From IMG/VR virus record IMGVR_UViG_3300043543_000740: a stretch of DNA of 20,000 bases. One strand, given 5' to 3'. Source of the DNA: an uncultured virus (IMG/VR IMGVR_UViG_3300043543_000740). Lineage: Duplodnaviria; Heunggongvirae; Uroviricota; Caudoviricetes. This document shows, one piece after another, positions 1 through 6,637 of the stretch. The translations under genes were made by a program, and so were the position numbers. The notes beneath the pieces are model-generated. The model saw nothing but the letters and a program-made list of their open reading frames with translations. It did no database searches and was not told the origin of the DNA. The first letter of the stretch is position 1. Every line of letters begins with the position of its first letter.

Positions 1-19
1 GGCACAAACGGAGCGCAAG

Positions 20-247
20 GTGACGGACGCGGCCGCGGCGATGCTGGTCGGCCGGCGGGTGGTGCGGGTCGGGTACATGCCGGCCGCGGAGGCGGCGGAC
101 CTGGGGTGGTCGCACCGGCCGGCCGTGCTGGAGTTCGACGACGGGACCGTCGCCTACGCCGCCTGCGACGAGGAGGGGAACGACGCGGGCGTGCTGTTCG
201 TGGAGGCGGGGCGAGGCGACCTCTGCCTCGGGCGGTTCCCGACCTGA
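20..247 (+). CDS. Small hypothetical phage/ICE protein (75 aa; true start may differ)
   Basis: ORF with GC-rich third codon positions, GGAG upstream, and a stop immediately followed by a hammerhead ribozyme, as for the next gene. Confidence 0.65.
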   Translation: MTDAAAAMLVGRRVVRVGYMPAAEAADLGWSHRPAVLEFDDGTVAYAACDEEGNDAGVLFVEAGRGDLCLGRFPT

Positions 248-311
248 GCCGAAACGCGGGACGTCCCGCGTCGCCCGGCCGTGGCGGGCCGGGCCTGATG
301 ACGGCAGCCAC
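248..311 (+). ncRNA. Type II hammerhead ribozyme with pseudoknot (copy 1), predicted cleavage after C272
   Basis: GCC-GAAA-C[GCGGG acgt CCCGC]G-UC-[GCCCGGCC gtggcg GGCCGGGC]-CUGAUGA-c-GGC-a-GCCAC. All core nucleotides are present, and loop I GTGGC pairs with 3' GCCAC. Confidence 0.9.
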
Positions 312-332
312 CGAACCCCGAGGAGCGGAACG

Positions 333-560
333 ATGAACCCGCCGAAGCCGGTGACGATCGAGTTGGAGGTGACCGAGTTCCCCACCGCCCGCGAGGCGAT
401 CGAGCACGCCCGCGCGCACGGCGGCCGGGCGATCCGGCTGGGCGGCCGGAGCCTGGTGGTCCGCGACCAGGACGCGGAGTGGTTGGCGACCGCCCGGGTG
501 GAGTTCGCGTACCTGTGCGACCACCACGGGCAGATCGTGACGGTCCCGGTCAACGATTGA
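333..560 (+). CDS. Small hypothetical protein (75 aa)
   Basis: ORF with AGGAG RBS upstream and coding-like codon usage, flanked by two hammerheads. Confidence 0.8.
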   Translation: MNPPKPVTIELEVTEFPTAREAIEHARAHGGRAIRLGGRSLVVRDQDAEWLATARVEFAYLCDHHGQIVTVPVND

Positions 561-561
561 A

Positions 562-621
562 GCCGAAACGCCCCCGCGGGCGTCGCGGCGGGTGGCTCCC
601 GCCGCCTGATGATGGCAGCCA
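562..621 (+). ncRNA. Type II hammerhead ribozyme with pseudoknot (copy 2), predicted cleavage after C584
   Basis: GCC-GAAA-C[GCCC ccgc GGGC]G-UC-[GCGGCGGG tggct CCCGCCGC]-CUGAUGA-t-GGC-AGCCA. Stems covary with copy 1, and loop TGGCT pairs with AGCCA. Confidence 0.9.
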
Positions 622-646
622 ACCCCATCGACCCGGAGCGACGACC

Positions 647-1075
647 ATGACCGCGAAGAAGACCACGAAGAGTTCCCCCGCCCCGAAGAAGGCCACCGGG
701 GGCAAGAAGCCGAAGGCCGCCAAGAACGCGACGCCCGCCGTCGAGGAGCCCGCGAAGACCCCGGAGGCGACCACCCCGCCGGCCGAGGCCGCGGATGCCA
801 AGCCCGCCAAGACCAGGAAGGCCCGCGCCGAGAAGCCGAAGAAGATGAGCGCCCTCGACGCCGCCGCCAAGGTCCTCGGCGAGGCGGGCAGCGCGATGAA
901 CGCCAAGGAGATGATCGAGGCGATGGCGAGCAAGGGGTACTGGACGACCCCCGGCGGGAAGACCCCGCACGCGACCCTCTACGCCGCCATCCTGCGCGAG
1001 ATCACCGCCAAGGGGAAGGAGGCCCGGTTCGCCAAGACGGAGCGTGGCAAGTTCGCCCTCAACGGGGAGGCCTGA
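647..1075 (+). CDS. HARE-HTH (HB1/ASXL/restriction endonuclease) winged-helix protein with Lys/Ala/Pro-rich N-terminal tail (142 aa), outer element
   Basis: Start MTAKKTTK after GGAG; C-terminal [10 protein letters not shown]...[33 protein letters not shown]...RF.K..RGKF pattern. Confidence 0.85.
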   Translation: MTAKKTTKSSPAPKKATGGKKPKAAKNATPAVEEPAKTPEATTPPAEAADAKPAKTRKARAEKPKKMSALDAAAKVLGEAGSAMNAKEMIEAMASKGYWTTPGGKTPHATLYAAILREITAKGKEARFAKTERGKFALNGEA

Positions 1076-1083
1076 CCCCGGAC

Positions 1084-1194
1084 GCCGCCCGTTCGCCCAC
1101 GAGGCCCCCACGCGGGGCCTCTTCCCGCTTGCCGTCGTTCCGTTCAACGTGCGCCCTCCGACGCGACGTGGGCCGACGTGGGCGAACGGGCGGC
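1084..1194. repeat. Perfect 18-bp inverted repeat enclosing a hairpin, between convergent genes
   Basis: GCCGCCCGTTCGCCCACG (1084-1101) / CGTGGGCGAACGGGCGGC (1177-1194). Confidence 0.8.
1101..1121. terminator. GC-rich hairpin, possible (bidirectional) terminator
   Basis: GAGGCCCC-cacgc-GGGGCCTC between convergent stops at 1075 and 1144; only a weak U-tract. Confidence 0.45.
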
Positions 1195-1515
1195 CTCCGG
1201 GGCGAGGAACCGGACCGGCTTGCCCAGCGCGCGGGCCATCGCGATCTCCTCCCGCACCCCGATGCTCTCCCGCCACCCGTCGAGCATCAGCACCGCGACC
1301 TCGTCGCACCGCTCCAGGTGGACCCGGTCGATGCGTTCCCAATACGACCATGCGGTCGGCAACTCGAACTCGATGAGCGAGTGGCTGTGGACGATCGGCG
1401 AGAACACGACCTCGCCGGCGCGGAGCAGCGCGGCGGTCGCCCGGCAGGCGGCGCGGAACCGCTCTTCGCGGACCGCGGGGTCGGGATGCGAGTATGGACT
1501 GGCGAGGTAGATCAC
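1144..1515 (-). CDS. DUF1937 family protein (nucleoside 2-deoxyribosyltransferase-like fold), 123 aa
   Basis: IYLASPYSH...VFSPIVHSH...W.RID...L.RCD...L.LDGW.ES.GV.EEI motif; GTG start overlaps the methyltransferase stop (GTGA). Confidence 0.85.
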   Translation of the reverse strand: MIYLASPYSHPDPAVREERFRAACRATAALLRAGEVVFSPIVHSHSLIEFELPTAWSYWERIDRVHLERCDEVAVLMLDGWRESIGVREEIAMARALGKPVRFLAPEAARSPTSAHVASEGAR

Positions 1516-1875
1516 GCGGACACCTCCGCGCCGGTCCGCTCGGCCTTGCGGCCGGTGAACTTCTCCCACCGCTGGACGATGACGTCGCAGTACAGCGGGT
1601 CCAACTCCATCAGGTACGCCTTCCGTCCGGTCTGCTCGGCGGCGATGAGCGTGCTGCCGGAGCCGCCGAACAAGTCGAGAACATGCTCACCCTCGCGGGA
1701 CGAGTACTGCATCGCCCGCACGGCCAACTCGACCGGCTTCTCGGTGAGATGCACCATCGACTGCGGGTTGACCTTCTTCACGCTCCACACGTCCGTGGCG
1801 TTGTTCGGCCCGAGGTAGACGTGCGCCGCGCCCTCGCGCCAGCCGTAGAAGCACCACTCGTGGTTGCCCATGAAG
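1512..1875 (-). CDS. C-terminal half of the interrupted ParB-DNA methyltransferase. It is in frame with the serine recombinase ORF and has a possible independent start ATG at 1871
   Basis: FMGNHEWCFYGW...HLTEKPVEL...VLDLFGGSGSTLIAAE.TGR..YLMELDP.YCDVI (motif I SAM-binding and downstream motifs of beta-class N4/N6 MTases). Confidence 0.92.
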
Positions 1876-3623
1876 TCCCCTCCGGGTAGCCGTGTGGAGC
1901 CATCGGCGAACGCACGCTCCAGGCCCGCGTGTAGGTAGACTGTGCCCGTCTTGTCGTCGGGGTTGACCTCGATCTTCTCGACGAACGCGGCGAGCATCTG
2001 CCGGTCCGCGAGGTCGATGTCCGTCCGCGTCGCCAGGGCGTCGAGTTTGGCGAACTGCTCCATCGCCCAGGCCCGCAGATCGGCCTCGGTGATGATCGGT
2101 GTGGCAGGTTCATCGGTGGGCTTCAAGCGGGCCTCCAGCACGTCGCGCTTGGCCTTCAGGTCGGCCAGGGTGGTCCGCAGTTCGTCCAGACCGTCGAACG
2201 TCGGGTCGGCCAGCATCGACACGGTCGCCTTGATCTTGCGGTTCAGCAGGTCGAGCTCGCGCTCGTCGCCCCGCGTCGGCTTGGCCTTCGCTCGCGGGGC
2301 CAGCACCGCTTTGACGAACGCATCGACCGCCTTCTCGACCGTGGCGTGGTCGCCCAGCAGCACCTTCCGCACAGCATCCAGCACGAACCGGTCGAGGGCC
2401 GGGCCGGGGACGTTCACCACCCGGCAGACCGTCTTGCCGTAGCGGTGGTAGCCCGAGCAGGCGTAGACGCGATAGCCCTCGCCGGTCGGGCCGGGCCAGC
2501 GGCGGTCGCGGATCGTGGTGAACGGGTTGCCACACCGCTTGCACACCAGCAGGCCAGCCAGCAGGGTGCGTTTGGTCGGCCGGGCGTTGCCGTGCTCGGC
2601 CCGCCGCTTGGCCACGGCCCGCTGGGCGGCCGCCCAGGTATCCTTGCTGACCAACGCCTCGTGAACGTCCTCGCTGATGATCCAGTCGGCCTCGGTGTTG
2701 CGCTGCCACATCTTCTTCCGCTTCGGCTTCAGCACGCCCTGGCCGTCGAGGCCGAACAGGCTGCCCATCGTGTGGCGGTTCCAGACGACCGCCCCGCGAT
2801 AGACCGGGTTGCGGATCAGCTTGGCGATGCGGGCCGTGTTCCACTTCTGCCCGCCGGGCGACGGGATGCCCTCGGCGTTGAACGTCTGCGCGATGTGGTG
2901 GAAGCCGTAGCCCTGCACGCACAGGTCGAACATCCGCTTCACCACCGCTACCCGCTCGGGCAGGCTCGGGACGTAGCGGATGATGTCGCTCTTGGCCTTC
3001 TTCAGGTTGACGCCCACCGGGACCACTCGCAGCAGTCGGCCATCCGGCCCGAACTCCTGCTTACTACCGTCGGGCATCCACCGCAGCGTGCGGAGCAGTT
3101 GCCCGTCGCCGGTCAAGTGCTGCTTGTCGTAGCCGTACGGGGCCATGCCGCCGGGCGCGGACTTGCGTTCGCGGATGTTCGAGATCTGGCCCCGGATGCT
3201 GTCGCGGGCGAGCTTGACCGAGTACTGGCGGGCCTGCCAGGATTTGACGCCCTGGATCAGTTCGCCCTCGTCGCCCTCGGGGATGCCGTCGGCAGTGAAG
3301 ACCACGCCGACGCCGGCCAGGTGCAGGCGGTGCAGGTAGAAGCCGGTCTCGTTGGTGCCGCCCCGCGAGAAGCGGGAGATGTCGTAGCACAGCACCGCCT
3401 CGAAGTCGCGGCCGTTCTCGGCGGCCTTCATCATCTGCTCGAAGGCGTCGCGGCCGCGGGCACTGGTGCCGGACACCGCGTCGTCGATGTACCAGCGCAG
3501 CACGCGGTAGCCGTGCTCGGCCGCCCAGCGTTCGACGGCGGCCTGCTGGTCGGGGATCGAGCGTTCCTGCATGTCGGTGCTGCGGCGCGCGTAGCCGACG
3601 GCCGGGATCAAGGTCTTGGTCAT
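1512..3623 (-). CDS. Large serine recombinase (integrase). In the integrated state it reads through the att site into the 120-aa MTase C-terminus (703 aa total)
   Basis: AVGYARRST catalytic motif, YDISRFSR, APYGY, IRNPVYRG, HEALVS, zinc ribbon LLAGLLVCKRCG...YAC...C and coiled coil; GGAG RBS before ATG 3623. Confidence 0.95.
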   Translation of the reverse strand: MTKTLIPAVGYARRSTDMQERSIPDQQAAVERWAAEHGYRVLRWYIDDAVSGTSARGRDAFEQMMKAAENGRDFEAVLCYDISRFSRGGTNETGFYLHRLHLAGVGVVFTADGIPEGDEGELIQGVKSWQARQYSVKLARDSIRGQISNIRERKSAPGGMAPYGYDKQHLTGDGQLLRTLRWMPDGSKQEFGPDGRLLRVVPVGVNLKKAKSDIIRYVPSLPERVAVVKRMFDLCVQGYGFHHIAQTFNAEGIPSPGGQKWNTARIAKLIRNPVYRGAVVWNRHTMGSLFGLDGQGVLKPKRKKMWQRNTEADWIISEDVHEALVSKDTWAAAQRAVAKRRAEHGNARPTKRTLLAGLLVCKRCGNPFTTIRDRRWPGPTGEGYRVYACSGYHRYGKTVCRVVNVPGPALDRFVLDAVRKVLLGDHATVEKAVDAFVKAVLAPRAKAKPTRGDERELDLLNRKIKATVSMLADPTFDGLDELRTTLADLKAKRDVLEARLKPTDEPATPIITEADLRAWAMEQFAKLDALATRTDIDLADRQMLAAFVEKIEVNPDDKTGTVYLHAGLERAFADGSTRLPGGDFMGNHEWCFYGWREGAAHVYLGPNNATDVWSVKKVNPQSMVHLTEKPVELAVRAMQYSSREGEHVLDLFGGSGSTLIAAEQTGRKAYLMELDPLYCDVIVQRWEKFTGRKAERTGAEVSA
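1876..1898. other. att junction at the integrase end (crossover TC/GA 1876-1877; attP arm 1884-1898)
   Basis: GGGTAGCCGTGTGGA (1884-1898) is the exact reverse complement of TCCACACGGCTACCC (12471-12485); each arm is 6 nt from the shared dinucleotide. Confidence 0.92.
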
Positions 3624-3648
3624 GGGTTCGTCTCCGGGTTGCGCACCG

Positions 3649-3670
3649 ACGCCCCGCATGGGCGGGGCGT
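3649..3670. promoter_or_regulatory. Hairpin between the HARE-HTH and integrase genes (possible attenuator/terminator)
   Basis: ACGCCCCGC-atgg-GCGGGGCGT, perfect 9-bp stem, no U-tract. Confidence 0.45.
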
Positions 3671-3689
3671 GGCGGCGGGTTGTTTGGAA

Positions 3690-3989
3690 TCAGGCCAGCG
3701 TGAACCGGCCGCGGGCGACCTTGTGGAACTTGGCATCCTTGCCCTTGGCCCGGATCTGTCGCAGTAGGGAGGCGTACAGGGTCGCGGCCGGGGTCTTGCC
3801 CGCCGGGCTGCTCCAGAGCCCCTTGGCCATCATCGCCTCGACCATCTCACCGCAGGTCATCGGCTCGCCGGCGTCGGCCAGGACGCGCTCGGCGGCGGCG
3901 ATCTGGCTCAGCTTCTCGGCCGGGGCCGGTTGCGGTTCAGGCTTCTTCTTCGGGGCTGCCTTCTTCTTCGTGGTCGTCTTCGTCGCCAT
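3690..3989 (-). CDS. HARE-HTH winged-helix protein of the inner element (99 aa), homologous to 647..1075
   Basis: LSQIAAAERVLADAGEPMTCGEMVEAMMAKGLWSSPAGKTPAATLYASLLRQI...KF.K..RGRF; GGAG RBS. Confidence 0.88.
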   Translation of the reverse strand: MATKTTTKKKAAPKKKPEPQPAPAEKLSQIAAAERVLADAGEPMTCGEMVEAMMAKGLWSSPAGKTPAATLYASLLRQIRAKGKDAKFHKVARGRFTLA

Positions 3990-4320
3990 CGTGGTTCTCC
4001 CGCATCGGGTCGTCGTGGTCGCGGGGCGACGATCCCTCCGCGTCAGGACAGTCAGTTACAAGCCGGTTCGCCCCGGTTCCAGCGACTTCCGGCCCGATTC
4101 CGGGAGATTCTTCCGGGGCCAGCAGGTGCTTCCGACCCGCCCGGATGTCGGCCTCGAGTTGTTTGAAGAACCGCCACTCCCACAACGGCACCAGCACCAC
4201 GTCCGCCTTGCCGTAGCGGGTGATGACGACCGGCTCGTCGGTGCGGGCGACGTGCAGGCAGACCATGCCCAGCCCGTCGCGCAGCAGCGACACCGCCATC
4301 TTGTGCTCGGTCGGCTTCAT
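3937..4320 (-). CDS. Phd/YefM antitoxin-like DNA-binding protein (no adjacent toxin seen)
   Basis: ...SLLRDGL...VARTDEPVVITRYGKADVVLVP.WEW matches the Phd/YefM pattern; AAGGA RBS; the C-terminal tail is poorly supported and overlaps the next gene. Confidence 0.7.
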   Translation of the reverse strand: MKPTEHKMAVSLLRDGLGMVCLHVARTDEPVVITRYGKADVVLVPLWEWRFFKQLEADIRAGRKHLLAPEESPGIGPEVAGTGANRLVTDCPDAEGSSPRDHDDPMRENHDGDEDDHEEEGSPEEEA

Positions 4321-4405
4321 GGTTCCTTTCCGGGTTTGGCTCCCCGCGATGAGGTCGGGCGGAACAGGCACGGGGAACAAGACACACATCTTGTGACCAA
4401 CAAAA

Positions 4406-4498
4406 TCCGGACCTGTACAAGAAGGAAACTGTGCTTACCCCGGTCGGTGTTCCGCGTGCCAATTTTTCTTTTCGATCCGGCCGGGAAGGAACCATTGG
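4406..4498 (-). promoter_or_regulatory. Putative packaging (cos/pac-like) signal of the inner element
   Basis: Minus strand CCAAT-GGTTCCT-T-CCCGGCCG-N24-GGAACA-N14-CACAGTTT...GTCCGGA; same blocks and N24/N14 spacing as 13659-13746. Confidence 0.6.
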
Positions 4499-4556
4499 CC
4501 AGTTGTTGCGTGTGCAACACCTGATCCATTTGAATCACCCGGTCCGGCGGGTTGTC

Positions 4557-4746
4557 TTCCACACGGCTACCCCGCGACCTCTCATCGTGCCGCGCGTGCT
4601 TGTGCGCGCTTCCTATACCCGCCCCCCGGGGTGCGTTCACGCACCCACGGGGGGTATAAGGGGGGTGCGCGCACACACACACAGACACCCGAGGCGGGTC
4701 AGCAAGACGCCGGGAGGAAGTTTCCACACGGCTACCCCGCGACCTC
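4557..4746. repeat. Two 25-bp direct repeats containing the attP arm, flanking a nested palindrome (putative origin of replication)
   Basis: TTCCACACGGCTACCCCGCGACCTC at 4557-4581 and 4722-4746. Nested inverted repeats: TGTGCGCGC/GCGCGCACA (4601-4609/4667-4675), TATACCC/GGGTATA (4614-4620/4652-4658), GGGTGCG-ttca-CGCACCC (4629-4646). Confidence 0.85.
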
Positions 4747-4759
4747 ATGAACGCGGTCA

Positions 4760-6349
4760 TCACTCATCCTCCGGCTGGGGTCGCGTGGCGAACTGGACCG
4801 GCTGGTTGGCTCCGAACTTCCAGCGGTGGACGAGCCCGGCGGCCTCGGCCTGCTTGAGCAGCTTCTTGGCCAGCGGTTCGGGCACATCCGCCTCCGTGGC
4901 CCGGTGGACGATGCGCGCCGTCATGGCGGGCGTCTTGGTCACGAACGCCGCCACGAACGAAGGGACGGTCCACTCCGGCTTCGACGGCTTGGCCGGCTCG
5001 GGCTGCGGGGTCGGCTTCGGCTTGCGGCGGAGCTTCTCGGACTTGAGGTCGGACGGGTCGAGCGCGTCCTCGACGGTCCAGACCGGGAACGACCAGCGCA
5101 GACACCTGGGTTCGATCGGCGGCCACGAGCGGACGGCGGCGTCGAGGACGGCCACTCCGGGCTCCTCGTGCGGACGCAGGACGAGGTGCGTGTCCGCCGC
5201 ACGCGACTGCGCCCCGGCCCCCGCGCCGACATCCGTGACCGCCTTGCCCGACTGGTTCCCCTTGGTGCTGTGGTGGATCAGCACGAACGCGCACTGCAAC
5301 TTCGCGGCATAGGCGTCCAGCACGTTGTACACCTGGGCCATCGTGCCGTTGTCGTTCTCGTCCGTGTCCCTCGGCATCGCCCGGTAGAAGGCGTCGATCA
5401 CGACTAGCTTGTACCTGCCCGGCTCGATCCGGCTGAAGCACGGCCCCAGGCCGAAGATGTCTTTCAGCTTGCCACGCAGGTTCACGATGTCGATGCGGTC
5501 GCCGCACTCGGCGAGCGTGATGCCGCGGGCCTCCATGACCTTCGGGATGCGGCCGGCCGACGTTTCCTTGTGCAACTCGTTGTCGATGAGCAGCACCCGG
5601 CCCTGTTCGCACGGGAACAGATCGAGCCACGGGCGGCCGGTCGCCACGGCCAGGGCGAGGTCGCTCACCAGCCAGGACTTGCCGACCTTGGGCGAAGCGA
5701 TGACGTTCAGCGTCTCGCCTTCGCGGAGCAGCCCATGCACGACCGGCGGTCGCAGGTGCGGATACCGCATGACGAGTTCGCGGAGCGACTGGATGGGAAA
5801 CTCGTCCGGCTCCGACTTGGCGGGTGTCGGCACCGGCTTGGTCCCGGTGCGAAGCCACTCCAAGTTGCCGGGCTTCTTGGTGAGCGGTGCCGGCTCGGGT
5901 TCCGGCGGTTCGTCCCAATCGTCGTCGGGACGGGGTGGTTCGGTGGGTTGGTCGAAGTCGATCGGCTCGGCCGCCCAGCGTTCGACTCGAGTGAGCCAGC
6001 GTTCCAGTTCCACGCCGAAGTCGCGCTCCTCGGCATCGGGGTTGAACCACGCCTGCTCGACGAACGCCAGCGCGTGATGCCGACCGCGCAGTTGAGCCGC
6101 CAGAACCTCGTGGCCCGGCGTGTACCACTCCGCGCCGTCACGCTCGACCCGCGCGTTCTCCCGGGCGATCTGCCGCTGCTCCTCGACGAACTGGATCACC
6201 TCGATGTCCGGCCGGAGCCACTGCGACGCCTCGCGGGCACCGAGGAGAAATCCCTCCCGATAGGCATGCTCGGCCTGCTCCCGATGCGGATGGCCCTCGG
6301 GCAGCACGGAATCGCCGTAGTAGGGCACCATTTCAGTTGCGTTCGACAC
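4760..6349 (-). CDS. AAA_25/RepA-like (SF4-type) replicative helicase with unknown N-terminal region and probable C-terminal winged helix (529 aa)
   Basis: Walker A ASPKVGKS, VLLIDNE, Walker B LVVIDA, LIHHSTK, GAGAQSRAAD; GTG start at 6349 with GGAGGT RBS. Confidence 0.88.
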   Translation of the reverse strand: MSNATEMVPYYGDSVLPEGHPHREQAEHAYREGFLLGAREASQWLRPDIEVIQFVEEQRQIARENARVERDGAEWYTPGHEVLAAQLRGRHHALAFVEQAWFNPDAEERDFGVELERWLTRVERWAAEPIDFDQPTEPPRPDDDWDEPPEPEPAPLTKKPGNLEWLRTGTKPVPTPAKSEPDEFPIQSLRELVMRYPHLRPPVVHGLLREGETLNVIASPKVGKSWLVSDLALAVATGRPWLDLFPCEQGRVLLIDNELHKETSAGRIPKVMEARGITLAECGDRIDIVNLRGKLKDIFGLGPCFSRIEPGRYKLVVIDAFYRAMPRDTDENDNGTMAQVYNVLDAYAAKLQCAFVLIHHSTKGNQSGKAVTDVGAGAGAQSRAADTHLVLRPHEEPGVAVLDAAVRSWPPIEPRCLRWSFPVWTVEDALDPSDLKSEKLRRKPKPTPQPEPAKPSKPEWTVPSFVAAFVTKTPAMTARIVHRATEADVPEPLAKKLLKQAEAAGLVHRWKFGANQPVQFATRPQPEDE

Positions 6350-6503
6350 GTTGCACCTCCTCCCGGCCGCGGAGCCACTGGGCCAGGAGCCATGCCGCCA
6401 ACGCCTCGGCGCGCCGCTCGACGCGGGCCTGGGCCTCGGGCGCGGGGTCGCTGAACGCCACGGTGAACGTGAACGAGCCGATCTGCGGGTTGGTGTCGGA
6501 CAT
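6333..6503 (-). CDS. Small hypothetical protein, 56 aa (MSDTNPQIGSFTFTVAFSDPAPEAQARVERRAEALAAWLLAQWLRGREEVQRVERN); absent from the ORF track
   Basis: AGGAG RBS, coding-like codon usage, stop overlaps the helicase start region. Confidence 0.65.
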   Translation of the reverse strand: MSDTNPQIGSFTFTVAFSDPAPEAQARVERRAEALAAWLLAQWLRGREEVQRVERN

Positions 6504-6637
6504 GGCCCCTCTCCTGTGCCGGTCCTGCCGAGGCAGGGATGAACCCCACGGCGGGGTTCGGCGACGGCTTGCCGGGTCGGCAAGTCGCGTTCGCCAGAGG
6601 CGAAGAGGGTCGGTCGATAGGTTGTGTCAGTGGGCTG

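Noticed and set aside
1512..3659. A naturally evolved recombinase-methyltransferase two-domain enzyme
   Set aside because: The MTase part lacks motif IV and is the exact continuation of the gene at 12492-13438; the fusion is created by integration
4557..4746. CRISPR mini-array
   Set aside because: Only two repeats, a 140-nt palindromic spacer and no cas genes; the repeats match the att arm
4760..6583. 607-aa version of the helicase
   Set aside because: The extension overlaps the better-supported 56-aa ORF; an RBS supports GTG 6349
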